From: Octopus sinensis
Lineage: Eukaryota
Direction: 5' to 3'
DNA length: 64,000 nt
NCBI RefSeq assembly: GCF_006345805.1
Contig: NC_043007.1
Span: 2,294,001 to 2,358,000, forward strand
How positions within the stretch are numbered: position 1 is the first letter of the stretch; every line of letters starts with the position of its first letter. The notes beneath the pieces were generated by a model, which was not told the origin of the DNA, did no database searches, and saw only the letters and a program-made list of their open reading frames with translations. The translations under genes and the position numbers were made by a program. Below are positions 41,071 through 53,909 of this stretch, in pieces.

Positions 41071-41415
41071 AGAAAAAGGGACAGGCAAACAGGTTGCTTG
41101 ACCGCATACCGAAAAAATAGAAATAGCAGTCAAGAATGCTTATTTCTATCAAAGTTGGACTCCGGGCATGACAAACCCTGTAATTCCCATATGCAAAACA
41201 GAAGGAATAGATAACGAATACGAAGTCTGGCGGTTATCTGTGATAACCGCCAGACTTCGTATTCGTTATCTATTCCTTCTGTTTTGCATATGTGAATTAC
41301 AGGGTTTGTCATGCCCGGAGTCCAACTTTGATAGAAATAAGCATTCTTGACTGCTATTTCTATTTTTTCGGTATGCGGTCAAGCAACCTGTTTGCCTGTC
41401 CCTTTTTCTTATATA
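41065..41415. repeat. Near-perfect palindrome: 174 bp arms, 3 nt spacer, 1 mismatch
   Basis: Centre GGCGGTTATC-TGT-GATAACCGCC at 41239-41241; only mismatch found is C41187 vs T41293. Confidence 0.96.
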
Positions 41416-41829
41416 CAATATATATGCTGAACTTTACAGAAGTTCCTGCCGGAAATCGGCTATATTTACATACCGAATTCTACCAGTAAATAATTGGGTT
41501 TTTTTTAAAAGCCTTTATAGAAATTATTTACTCTTATTATTATATATATATATATATATAAATTAGAATAACTTAGAAAGGTTTTGGCCAGTATTGGCCC
41601 AGGCCATGTCTAACTTAATAGCACCACCTGGCGAAGTCTTTCAATTCAAAATTTGGGCACCAAGGCCCATTCGAGCAGAGAGTTATTGTTTGACGAGACA
41701 TATCCTGGTGTGGGTGGTTTGTTCAGGACTATTTGAAGGAATTTGTCGAAAGACTTCTTGAATTTTGTGTGGTCAGTTTCTGTTCTGACGTGTATATATG
41801 TTTATATATATATATATATATATATATAT

Positions 41830-42055
41830 GTCTTTCAAAATGTGACCTCGTGTGTACCGTTGGCGATTTTTTTCCCTCTGTCTTCCCTTCTCTGGATCTT
41901 TCCTTCTCCTATGTTTCCGACGAAGAGCTCCGCTCGAAACGTTAAACCCTCCTTCTTCCCTTCCTTCCTGAGCGTCCAATAATACTATATTTGTTCCATG
42001 TACTCGCGTTGTTGTGTTTTTTTGTGCTTTCTTGTTTGGATTAACTATATATTAA
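41830..42055 (+). mobile_element. Short (TA)n-flanked element with hammerhead-like fold (subfamily 2)
   Basis: Fold at 41913-41947: GTTT CCGACGA A GAGC tcc GCTC GAAA CG TT AAAC. Confidence 0.78.
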
Positions 42056-43759
42056 CTATATATTGGTGAAGAGAAAGGATAAAGCTGTCCCCCGATCGGA
42101 TTTTGTTCTGAATACTTGCAACGGTGTATCCTAATAAAAGCACGCATTTGCTTGGTAGGGATTCTGGAACAATAAAAACCACTGATCGACTAATTAAAAT
42201 CATTAGCCGGAAGGAGGACGGTCCGGCAACGTGTTTTGTATATTGACTTCTCTGAAAAAGCTTTTGATGGAAAACATCTCTTTTAGGCAACGCTCAGTGG
42301 AATCGAACCTGAAATCACGAAGTTGGTAAGTGACCATCTAAAAGACACTGATAAACACGCGGTCATTCCTTTATATTTCTTGGGTGAAAACCGTGTCATT
42401 ATGTCTAGTTTCTTTGCCACTGTAAATGTCGAACTTTCGAACAATTCAGAGTACGTGAAATTTGGGGTTACTTTAAAGCATTTGTGGAAGACCTCCTGAC
42501 TTTTGTTTATGTCACCAGATAAAATATATAGTGTCTTTGTAATTACTTTAATCCATATTTTTCTTCATAATTAACAAAAGAGCTCTTTCGCAGTTATTTG
42601 CCCTGCTAGAAATAGCAACAAAATCACTCTCAAATTACTTCTGTCATACAAAAATAAAAGGCATATGAAAGAATGAGGCATTTTCCACAGCTGAAAGAAT
42701 TTTGATCCCAAGTCTCATCCTTCAATTTTGACAAGTCCTAACAAACATCAGTCTGTCAGCGTGAAAAGTTAAACAAATATTATCATTAAGGTTTCCAGGG
42801 AAATGGTGTAAAATACGAATTCAAAACCGATGGAACCGAAGTAATTAGAGTAAAACAATTAGAACAACGTATAAAACGTAGCTGTATTGGTTTTCGTTTT
42901 CGCTAAGCCCAATTGTGAAGTGGAATTGGAAACGTGGCCTTTCACCTTTCCTTCGTTCATTATTAAGTAAATAACGCAAAGTTGATTGGCCTTCGAAATC
43001 GAAAGCAGGTCAGGTCGCATTTTGTTGGGAATTCATCTCGATTCACGATAATTATCTCGGCACAATTTCACTACTTATCTAGAACAGGCAAAACTGAGAG
43101 CTAAACATCACATAACAGCAATAAAAATGCCGGTTCCCAGATGTAGGGTCGTTTTGTCTTTATACCTTGTTGTTAGCAATGCAGTGGGGCACTTAGACGA
43201 TTCCTTCCATATAGTTTTGAAAAGGATGTATCAAGGGAAGCAGCTCATCATTGCAAATATCGCAGGCAATGAATTATTAGCAATCTTTTCATTAGTTTTA
43301 GTAGCGAGGCTCATTTGCCTTTTGGCGTATAAAGCTTGGAGAGAGATGAATCCCCGAGAGGCTGCATTTCCCGCATACATTTCATATAAACAAACGTCCA
43401 GACGAACTCAGCTTCTTAAATTTATGTTATTCGATACCGCTACTACATAATTACAGACAATAATTAAGTAAACTGGGTCTAATGTATAATGGATGCAACT
43501 AATTATAGCTATATTACAATAAAGAGGAAATTGGTAACACGTAATATTGATTATTGTTAGCAATAATCATAAAGGATAACTAATTATGGAAAATATTGAT
43601 CATAACCGAAATACATTTTCTCACTCCATTCAATACACTATCCGACATATTGAATACTTTTCTTAGCAGTCGCATTGCTCAATAATGCTGATGATAATAT
43701 TAAAATAATAAACTAATAATAGTTATGATAATAGCAAATAACAGACCAAAGACTCACCT

Positions 43760-44349
43760 AAAAATGAGAGAAGGAAAATATAGAAGAAAGACATGAAAAA
43801 AAGTCGTATGGACGTTCATAAAATGTCTGTAACAAGATATGTTCAGATAATCGCAAAGAAGAAGTCGGATTGGAAAGCAAGAACAATTATTTGAAGTGGA
43901 CATTCAGTTCGATTCCAAATCATAACAATTATAACAGAAACTAGGCAAAAATATTATAGAAATCATTTCAGTGCCAACAACAAAACAAGTGCAAGAATTT
44001 TGGGAAGGTGTGTGGGTAGTAAACAATGACCATTGGGAAAAAGTTTTCAAAAAGAACTATCGCATATAAGTTTATCCATTGTAGCTAACAGTAACGATTC
44101 TGTCATTTTGTTGTTTATGATTACAACTTTGCGTCTCTGTAAGACGATACCTCAGACACCTCCAGGCCATGGCGGTACACACGGTGATATAGCAGACGTC
44201 CCCACACATTAATCATCGTAAACGTGAACAACTTAGCAATAACATTCAAAATAATTTCAAACTGCACAGTTCTTTATGTATCAAACATCCAGATAATAAC
44301 ATTTTGTTTATTGACTATAGAAATGGGTTAATTTATATATATAGACTCA

Positions 44350-44423
<74 letters not shown>

Positions 44424-45540
44424 TTTGTTGTAAAATGTTTCTTCTTTTACTTTATGCACAAAATACTGCGAAATATTTTTATTTGTTCGAAATTGCTGAG
44501 GGAATTGAAAAAAAGATTATGAACCGCTGACCTAAGCATTTATATTCATGTACAAATAGCTAAATAGAAGGAAGCATTTAAGAAACGTTTAAGAAACAAA
44601 ATTTAATACAGTTTGTTGTATTTCAATGGAAGATTTTCATTGCCGAAGGAAATATTTATTATTCAGAAGAAAATAACAATTGTAGTTCATATAGTGTTCG
44701 TCGTAGACTGGCATGTAAATACCATTAAACTGAAAGACGAAAGACATGGAAACAAAAAGACGTATCCCAATTCAATAAATGTCTGAAAGAAAAGACTCTC
44801 ACAAAATCACTTAGTATTAAACGCGACAGTAATTCTTTGAGCAAAACAAAGTTCGACTCCAATCCAGGATGATTATGTCAAGGACTAGTTAAAAATATAA
44901 TAGGAATCACGGCAGGCGCAGGAGTGGCTGTGTGGTAAGTAGTTTGCTTCCCAACCACATGGTTCCGGGTTCAGTCCCACAGCGTGGCACCTTCGGCAAG
45001 TGTCTTCTACTATAGCCTCGGGCCGACCAAAGCCTTGTGAGCGGATTTGGTAGACGGAAACTGAAAGAAGCCCGTCGTATATATGTATATATATATATAT
45101 GTTTGAGTGTGTGTGTTTGTGTGTGTGTGTGTTTGTGTGTGTGTGTATATGTTTGTGTTTCTGTGTTTGTCCCCCTAACATACCGATGCTTGCAAATAGA
45201 CCGATAGAACGAGTCCTGGGGTCGATTTGCTCAACTAAAGGCGGTGCTCCAGCATGGCCGCAGTCAAATGACTGAAACAAGTAAAAGAGTAAAAGAGAGA
45301 GTATCAACATGAAAAGAAGGAGAAGACTGTTCGTGATGTTACAAAAGAATCAACATAGGCAAGAACGCAGTACATGAGCGGTTTTGAACCGACGACCATC
45401 ACAGCAGATGATGTAGCTCAAATACTGCGGAAATCAAGAAGTTGTAAGGGACTAGGGAAATATAACATTCAAAACATCTGACCAACACCTCCATGCTCAG
45501 ATTGTACATCACGCAGTATAGAAGATACCCGTATAAAACT
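43760..45540 (+). mobile_element. Decayed non-LTR retrotransposon (R4/Dong-like) pieces at ~43760-44060 and ~45320-45540, interrupted by (TA)n and a SINE
   Basis: PTTKQVQEFWEGVW and ITADDVAQILRKSRSCKGLGKYNIQN resemble the pre-RT region of RLE-type LINEs. Confidence 0.45.
44914..45303 (+). mobile_element. SINE family A with short internal deletion
   Basis: AGGCGCAGGAGTGGCTGTGTGGTAAG head; GAAACAAGTAAAAGAGTAAAAGAG tail. Confidence 0.93.
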
Positions 45541-46249
45541 GTTTTAAACACGGGGAATATAATAACAATCAACTTAAACTCCATTTTGTTTTTTGCTTTT
45601 CAAAATCTAAAATCCAGTTCATAATACTTTATTTACTGATGAAAGAAGTTAATTTATTTATATTTCCTGGCTAAAAATAAATAAATTCTTTGTTTTAATA
45701 TCGCTTCTTTTTCACTGTATCCACAAAGTACAGCAAAATATTTTAAATACTCCAAGGTGCTGAGGGAATTAAAAACATTTACGAACCGTTGACCTAATCA
45801 TTTTGATTTATGCAGAAATAGTTAATAGAATGAAACATTTAAGACATAAATTTTGATTGTACTTTAACGGAAGATTATCATATCACGAATAAATATTTAT
45901 TATTCAGAAGAAAAATAACTTTATTCTGAATTTTGTCTTAGACTGGCGTGCAAAGTCAACACATTAATATGCGAGACGGAAGGAAATCTTAAGGGAGGTG
46001 AATCAAAGGAGTCGAAGATAACCGGTTGTGTGATGTCGAAAGCAGCTGTTGAATGGCTCAGGTGAAAATGTTGGAAGTTTCTGCAGACACAAAATTTTTG
46101 CATTAGAAAATTTCGTTTTGTTAATGACGTGCATCCTTTGTTTATATTCAAGTTTTAGACGCTGTTGTTCGTGTAAACATTGTATACTTCGGTGAACTTA
46201 ATAGAAATTCTCTCGAAAAGCCAGGCTTCCGAGATCATACGTGTGTGTA

Positions 46250-46520
46250 TAAGTATGTATGTATGTATGTATGTATGTATGTATGTATGTATGTATGTAT
46301 GTATATATGTAGGTAGATATGTCCGTCTGTATGTATATATATATATGTGTGTATATGTATGTCATTATTCAGTCTTATTTCAAGATTTCCTGCCAATAGA
46401 GAGCCGGTTTCTAACCTAGATCCAAGGCTACTTCATTGAAACATGTTTGTATGTATGTATGTATGTATGTATGTATGTATGTATGTATGTATGTATGTTT
46501 GTATTTATGTATGTATGTAT
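46250..46520. repeat. (TATG)n array with embedded ~90 bp dispersed element (46358-46447)
   Basis: Embedded segment is homologous to 49370-49472. Confidence 0.88.
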
Positions 46521-46793
46521 GTATGCTTGCATGTACAATGTTTCTCTAGACTATACTTTTCTCACATGATATTGGCGAATTAGGCTTCCCCAGGTATCGA
46601 GCAGAGAAATCAAACCTCCGGAATATTCCAGTTGCGAAGCATACTTCTAAAGACGCAGTCATGATTTGCACATAATATCTGGAGTAAATATTAATGTAGA
46701 GTTACCGTGAAAAGAAAATTCTGGTATTCCACGAAAACAAACGGGCCTTGGGTTCGATTGTCGTCGTGGGATCGCTAAGCTAAAGGCGCAGGA

Positions 46794-47245
46794 GTGGCTA
46801 TGAGGTATGCACGGGTGACAAGGAATAGGATCTTCACTGCAGAACGAAGATCAGTTGCAACAGCTCAGGGAAGCAACTTCTACGAAGCAGCTTTCAATTA
46901 TGATTCAGCAGTTCATTATGCAGATAACACTAGAGTTTCCTTTGGTGCAACGACAACTGAGTTCATACATTGTAAAGCAAGGAAGTGGAATGGAGAGACA
47001 CCTACACTGTGCTGCAGTGGTGGAAAGGTTAAACCTCCTGTAATCCCCCAACCTCCAGAAGCATTGAAGAAACTGTTGACATCAAATGACCAAGATTCTA
47101 AGGACTTCCAAAACATAATTAGACAATACAACGCTGCAATACATATGACACCATTTGGAGCCACAAGAGATTGATGCAAATTTTCAAGATCCAAGGTCAC
47201 ATTTATCATCGGATTGGTTCTCTACAACGTCTGTCAAATAAATCA
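46794..47245 (+). pseudogene. Helitron RepHel N-terminal fragment
   Basis: HCKARKWNGETPTLCCSGGKVKPPVIPQPPEALKKLL...FQNIIRQYNAAIHMTPFGA, then (frameshift) FKIQGHIYHRIGSL: conserved Helitron-like N-terminal motifs. Confidence 0.88.
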
Positions 47246-49169
47246 CGAAAATCGGTCTTTCATTGTTTATAATCCATACCTCATTTTTAGTTACGAAATA
47301 AACTACACAAAACATGTTTTTGAATTACGTTTATTTACTTTACATACATATACGAGTTGAAAACTTCCTTTTAACATTTTATTTAACATCTATGTTCCAT
47401 ACTAGCATAGGTTGGAGAGTAATGAATGTAGAGAGTCGCTATCCTAGCTACTAGAAGTTGAGGCCTGCGTAATCTAGGCGGTGTTTTTAAATTTCATTAT
47501 TCTCTTTAACCCGGATAACAACGAGTATTTGTAGTAGTATATGTGAAACAATTAGAAGAATATAAGAATGGGTATTCTGAACATCACGTGATAAAGAAAA
47601 TATTTTAGTTTTTCAAAAATCTAATTCTGTGTAGTTAGTCACAAATATAGCAGTCATAAATTAGGTTATCACCGTAGTAGGTAACTTAATTTTTTATATT
47701 TGTACTTTTGATAGCTTGTCATCTTATATTATGCTCCGTGTATTTCCATATACTTGTACTAACCAATGCTTTTAGAGTTAAATATCTTTAACATTGTCAT
47801 GTACAATTTATTCTTCCAGTAACAGGAGAAAACAATGAACGTTTACATATGTATATCGACGCCTTATTCATATAACCAGCTGTGAATTTTCTCTCAGATA
47901 TAATAATATGTTTGGCGGGTATAATTTGATAATGTGTGAATTGTGTGTGAATCTTGATGTTCACGTATAATCAAATTTCTTCTGCCATATTGATAATAGT
48001 ATCGTTTTAAGTCCCAAATACTTCGATATTAAATAATATCGTTCATAAAGTACTTAACAGCACAGTAGATACCTATTAGTTGATAAAAAAAGTTCCATTG
48101 AAGTAGCTTTCGCTATAAAAACAATTTCTAATCTACTCCAAACATTTGAATAAATTTACAAGAACCTATTCATTAGGAACTTGAAATTCTTCGAATAAGA
48201 TTGTTCCTAAACTATTTTTCCCTTAATCCTTGTGTTCTTATTTCTTTTCACCATTCTATTATATTGCAACTTAGCAATATTCTCACACCTAACGATGTAT
48301 TTCTTTGTTATAGCCCCACTTCAAAACAAAGACAAAACAAAATGTAAAAAAAAAACAAACCCAAACATTCATTCATTATCTGGTTATTCATCTGCGCATT
48401 CATCCACTCTCACTTCCATTTTTATTAAGTTTTTTTTATCATATCTGTCTTTTATTCTGCCTTCATTTATTTCTGTTTTCTGCTCTGTTCTGATACAGTG
48501 TTCACATATATTTATATCACTTTACATCTGGTCCTCGAATCCGGTCACGTTTCGCTCGTTGCGTTTGTCACGCACAGGAAAGACTGTCCTCTTATTCAGG
48601 CATTCTTCATTTATTTGATATTATTTTTCAAGAAATATTTCCCAGCTCTCACTGTTTGATTTTAATGCTTTTCATTTTACTTTAAAGTTATAAATTTGAC
48701 GAGCGGGAAGCGTAAATATTTACGGTATTATTAAAAAAATAGTTGGAGATGGTCTTTCTTTAATTTTCATGCGCAAATATCATCATAGCGAGTTTTTTGT
48801 CTTCGTATATCTGTATTATACTATATTTATATATAGGCTTATGTTGAGGATATCAAAAGTGTGCTATATCTAGTTGATGTATGTTTCTGTTTCAAATCCA
48901 AGCAGATTTGAAGAGACTTTCATTCCTAGGGTTCTATTCGACAGATTTGAATGAGCACCAAAATGACAACCTGCAGCAATAGTGTTCTGGTTTAAATATG
49001 AGAATGACTTCAATGCTTACCTGATGACCTGGGGCTACGATCTAAGGCGGACAACTTCCTGACGAGCCAGTAATGAGTTTCATTTAGCTCGTCATACCTG
49101 CCTCCAGGAAATGTTTCAACCAATATTGTATGTGATTAAAATCTTTGGTACAAAAACAGAACTATCTCA

Positions 49170-49626
49170 TATGTATGTATCGTACTGTATTGATGTATGT
49201 ATGTATGTATGTATGTATGTATGTATGTATGTATGTATGTATGTATGTATGTATGTATGTATGTATGTATGTATGTATTGATGTATGTATGTATGTATGT
49301 ATGTATGTATGTATGTATGTATGTATGTATGTATGTATGTATGTATGTATGTATGCATGTGTGCATGCATGCCATTATTCAGTTTCATTTCAAAATTTCT
49401 TGCCAAAAGAGAAAGAACCGGTTTCTAAACTAGATCCAAAACTCCGCCATAGGAATTTCAACATCAACAGAGTATGTATGTATGTATGTATGTATGTATG
49501 TATGTATGTATGTATGTATGTATGTATGAATGTATGTATGTATGTATGTATGTATGTATTGTATGTATGTATTGTATGTATGTATGTATGTATGTATGTA
49601 TGTATGTATGTATGTATGCATGTATG

Positions 49627-49660
<34 letters not shown>

Positions 49661-49720
49661 TGTATGTATGTATGTATGTATGAATGTATGTATGTATGTA
49701 TATATGTATGTATGCACGTA
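49170..49720. repeat. Long (TATG)n arrays with embedded ~100 bp element (49370-49472)
   Basis: Directly visible. Confidence 0.93.
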
Positions 49721-51129
49721 CGTACGTATGTATGTATCTGTCTTTCTGTCTATGCATTGTATATTTGTATATTGTATACGTTTGCGTATATCGACACATA
49801 CACACACAGACAAATATATATATGTATGTATGTATATATCGATCTATCTATAAATAAATGTACACACACGCACCCACACGCACACACATACATAAACTAG
49901 TCAACTTTCCTGCATTTTTTTGTATATCGTTTGTGCTACACTACAAGACAGAAGACATAAAGGAATAGATTAATGTGAAACTGTTAAGCGATAAGCTTAA
50001 TTCTCGATCTAATCACCCAAAACTGCATGCAAATACAAACACAAGCAACTATAAAAATTCTCGGGTCATAAAAACTATAACATTACATTTGAGTACAATA
50101 AATAAGAAAATAGTTTAGAACTTTGGTAAAAAGTCTGCGCAGCATTTGATGTTTTAATCCATAATCTCTGCATCATATTCTCTGCAGCAAAACCGAAAAC
50201 CTTTTTCACTGAATTCTAGCAATAAACACTTCGTAGACGTCTGAGGATTTCCTTTGGGGAATTTGAAAATATCATGCCTAAGACTCCAAACACACGAGAT
50301 GTCTGGAAGCAAGTTTTACCAACAATGCGAATATAAGTAAAAGAATACTTAGATATATAGTTAATGCAATTCATATTCAATACGTGAAGCAATAAAAAAC
50401 GTTTAATGAGAAAGGAAATCAAAGCCTTATAGATTTCCAGATTTATTTCTCATAAATATACTTTAAAGAGAGGATATCTCTGAAGGTTTCAATAGGTTTT
50501 CTATAATTATTCTCCATAATTTGATGCAAATGCAAGCAGAATGCGTACACTCTTGCTTACACAAAGAGATCTTTTGTTTAGATAGGCTGTCCTTTCTAAC
50601 GAAAATATGGATAGATTATATATTCCACCTTAATATTTTAATGGTATTTATTGTATAGACTCTTAAGCAATGAAAAACGTAGTCGATCCATACACAAACG
50701 AAACCTGAAACGTGACTAAAACAAATAATCGTATTTCTTCCTATCTGTATCAGCACATATTTGTTTATCTCGGACTTCACGTAAGCAATAAGATATAATG
50801 AAGTACATCAGTAACAGATACGCAAATACGCACAGAAAGCAAATCACAATAAGAAATTCCCCCTCCTACACACACACATGTATCTTGGTTGTTATTAAAT
50901 CATTAGCAAAATAAATGTGTTCTCTATTTTATGCGTAGATATCGAATAAAAAACAAACAAACAAACGAAGAGAAAGCATCGATCGAATGAGCGTAAAAGA
51001 ATAGATTAACACGGAAGAAAATTTAGTCTCTACCAAAAAGGCAAAATATTTAAAAGAAAGAAAGTAAAATGGATTTTTATTTTTGACAACTTCAAGAGGA
51101 ACATGAATATAATATTATAAAAAAATTCT

Positions 51130-51362
51130 TATTTCTTTACTGCCCATAAGGGGCTACACACAGAGGGGACAAACAGGGACAGACAGACGGATTAAGTCGA
51201 CTATATCGACCCCAGTGCGTAACTGGTACTTATTTTATCGATCCCGAAAGGATGAAAAGCAAATTCGACCTTTGGCGGAATTTGAACTCAGAACGTAGCC
51301 GCAGACGAAATACCACTAAAAAATTCGTCCGGCGTGCTAACGATTCTGCCAGCTCGCCACCT
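51130..51362 (-). mobile_element. SINE family B, full length
   Basis: Matches 23121-23352. Confidence 0.93.
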
Positions 51363-51803
51363 TCGAAAATAATTCTGAGTCTAGTAATAATGATAACCCC
51401 TTTGAAAGAACTCAGAAAGTTGGGCCCCCAGTCAGGCTTTTCGCGAAACCCTTAAAACCAGGAACGTTTCAGTTGAGCTTTTCATCTCTTCCTCCTGTTT
51501 ATATATCGAAATAGAAAGACATATGCAGTAGAATAAAACTGGTGATATATCACAGATCATAGAACCCGTGGTTCTATGATCAGTGAACATTTCTGTACGG
51601 TAACATAGCTGAAATACAACCTTCTATAACAATGCGAAAATTGCAGATAATAATAGCTGCCATTTTGAGTTTGGGATTTTGAATGACTTGAAAGTGAAAG
51701 CCATTTCACTGTGTTTTCAGAGAGTTATATTTCAATTCGTCTGTATGTGTGGCGAAACTTTTTTGAAATTATGTGTCCATACTCTTGTCGATAAACTTTA
51801 TCG

Positions 51804-51839
<36 letters not shown>

Positions 51840-52479
51840 CGTGAAAACTTTTGAGTAGAAGATTAGGATTTTTTTAATATTTGTATTTTGCATATTTTAC
51901 ATATTTTTACGGAGAAAAAGTGAAATGCTTGAAAACATTTTTTTAAGAAGTCTGTTTAAGCAATCAATATCTTCTGAATTGTTTGGATGGCAGCAACTTC
52001 AGTATTATGTTTTATTTATAGCAAGTTTTTCAGAAAATGTTAAATTAATGAATATATAATACTGAACTACGAATCTTTGACATGAAAATGGAGGCGTCTA
52101 GATACTTATTTAAAAGTATTGTTTTGTTATTAAAGATGTTACAGAGGAATTGACATAAATAAAATTATTTGTGGAAGTATATTTAAACAATTATTGATAT
52201 GAATTATTTGTTAGAAAAACAATTGAAAAACAACAGTTCATATAAAGGATTGTTCTTTAGAATATAAAAGTATTTAATGTTTTTTGAAGCAGACGACATA
52301 AAAATACTATTTATAAATCACATGTAAGTTAATGATGATAAAGAAGAAACGTAAACAGTTATAAAAAGTTCAAAAAGACAATGTTTTACTTATTTTAAAA
52401 CAATGGCGTATAGTTTATACGAAGATTATATTTCGTTCTTTTAACAGCAATGCATGGAGTACTGGTTCATGACACTTGA

Positions 52480-52702
52480 CTAAGGCGGTGACACTAAGGC
52501 AGAATCGGTAGAACTCCGGTCGAAATACGTTGCGACATTTCGTGTGTCTTTACGTACTGAGTTCAAATTTCCCCGTGAAGGACTTTGCTCTTCATTTTTT
52601 CGGTGTCAATAAAATAAGTACCAGTTAAGCCCTGGAGGTCGATGTAATTGACTAATCTTCTCTCCCCAAATGTCAGGCCTAATGCCTATAGCAGAAACGA
52701 TT
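52480..52702 (+). mobile_element. SINE family B short-tail variant, diverged
   Basis: CTGAGTTCAAATT, AAAATAAGTACCAGTT, GGTCGATGTAAT motifs. Confidence 0.8.
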
Positions 52703-52965
52703 ACTACACATGAAGTAAAGGATGGAACCTTGCAGACGATGGATATTTAAGTACAAATATATATAGATATTTATATAAAGACACCCAACTTACACAGCAG
52801 AAACGACAGAAAATTTAATATACAGGGTTGGTTAAAAAGTCACCCGATACTAAATCAAAATTCCATAAATGCTATCTGTAATTTTTTAATTGATTCGAAT
52901 GGGAAAATGGTGTCGCTCAAGAAAGGCTTCAGTTTGAAGAATTTTCATGATGTTTCATATTTAGA

Positions 52966-53399
52966 TACTCTACTCTCTTTTACTCTTTTACTTGTTTCAG
53001 TCATTTGACTGTGGCCATGCTGCAGCAACGCCTTTAGTCGAGCAAATCGACCCCAGGACTTATTCTTTGTAATCCTAGTATTTATTCTATCGATCTCTTT
53101 TGCCGAATCGTTAAGTTACGGGGACGTAAACACACCACCATCGGTTGTCAAGAGATATTGGGGGGGGGACAAACACAGACACACAGACATATACACGCAC
53201 ATACATATATGTATATATTTATATATACATATATACGACGGGCTTCTTTCAATTTCCGTCTACCAAATCCACTCACAAGGATTTGGTCGGCCCGAGGCTA
53301 TAGTAGAAGACACTTGCCCAAGGTGCCACCCAGTGGGACTGAACCCGGAGCCATGTTGTTGGTAAACAAGCTACTTATCACACAGCCACTCCTGCGCCT
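52966..53399 (-). mobile_element. SINE family A, full length
   Basis: Tail TACTCTTTTACTTG..., head CACAGCCACTCCTGCGCCT. Confidence 0.94.
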
Positions 53400-53488
53400 A
53401 TGATGATTTTATTAAATTCATTCAGTTGTTAAATATCTTGGAATTTAATGGGTTTGATTTACTGTCAGGTGACTTTTGGCCAACCATG

Positions 53489-53519
<31 letters not shown>

Positions 53520-53522
<3 letters not shown>

Positions 53523-53660
53523 ACGGGATTCAACAAAGTTTACTTCAACCAAATCCACTCACAATATATTGGTCCGCCAGGGGCTATAGTAGAAGCCATA
53601 TGACTAAAGTGATGCGCAGTGGATTTGAACCCGAAATCACACAGTTGCAATGTGAAATTT
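53520..53660 (-). mobile_element. SINE family A, diverged partial copy
   Basis: CCAAATCCACTCACAA...GGCTATAGTAGAAG. Confidence 0.75.
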
Positions 53661-53909
53661 TAACCGTACATAAATATAAATACAAAATATGGTGGTAATT
53701 TGAAAACTCCAAAAAATAACTACATTTAAAATATTACACCAGAGCGGTTCCCACTAATCAAAAGCCATTCGGGAAAATGAGAAGGTTACCTAATTATAAA
53801 GTCAGCTCACAACATCAGCATTTTTTTCATTACGTGGTTTTAATGAAGGACAATACCAGTAAATTCAGAAACCCGAGTAAAACATATATTCATTCACTTT
53901 GACCAGACT

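Noticed and set aside
41130-41350. Twin ORFs MTNPVI(P/H)ICKTEGIDNEYEVWRLS on both strands
   Set aside because: A consequence of the palindrome; no recognisable protein.
43127-43450. 107 aa hydrophobic ORF
   Set aside because: Non-ATG-supported composition, no recognisable motif or splice support; within chance for a 64 kb six-frame scan.
49015-49096. CTGATGA and CTGACGA motifs near a TGACGAGC/GCTCGTCA hairpin
   Set aside because: No GAAA-stem III-NUH arrangement; just a short hairpin.
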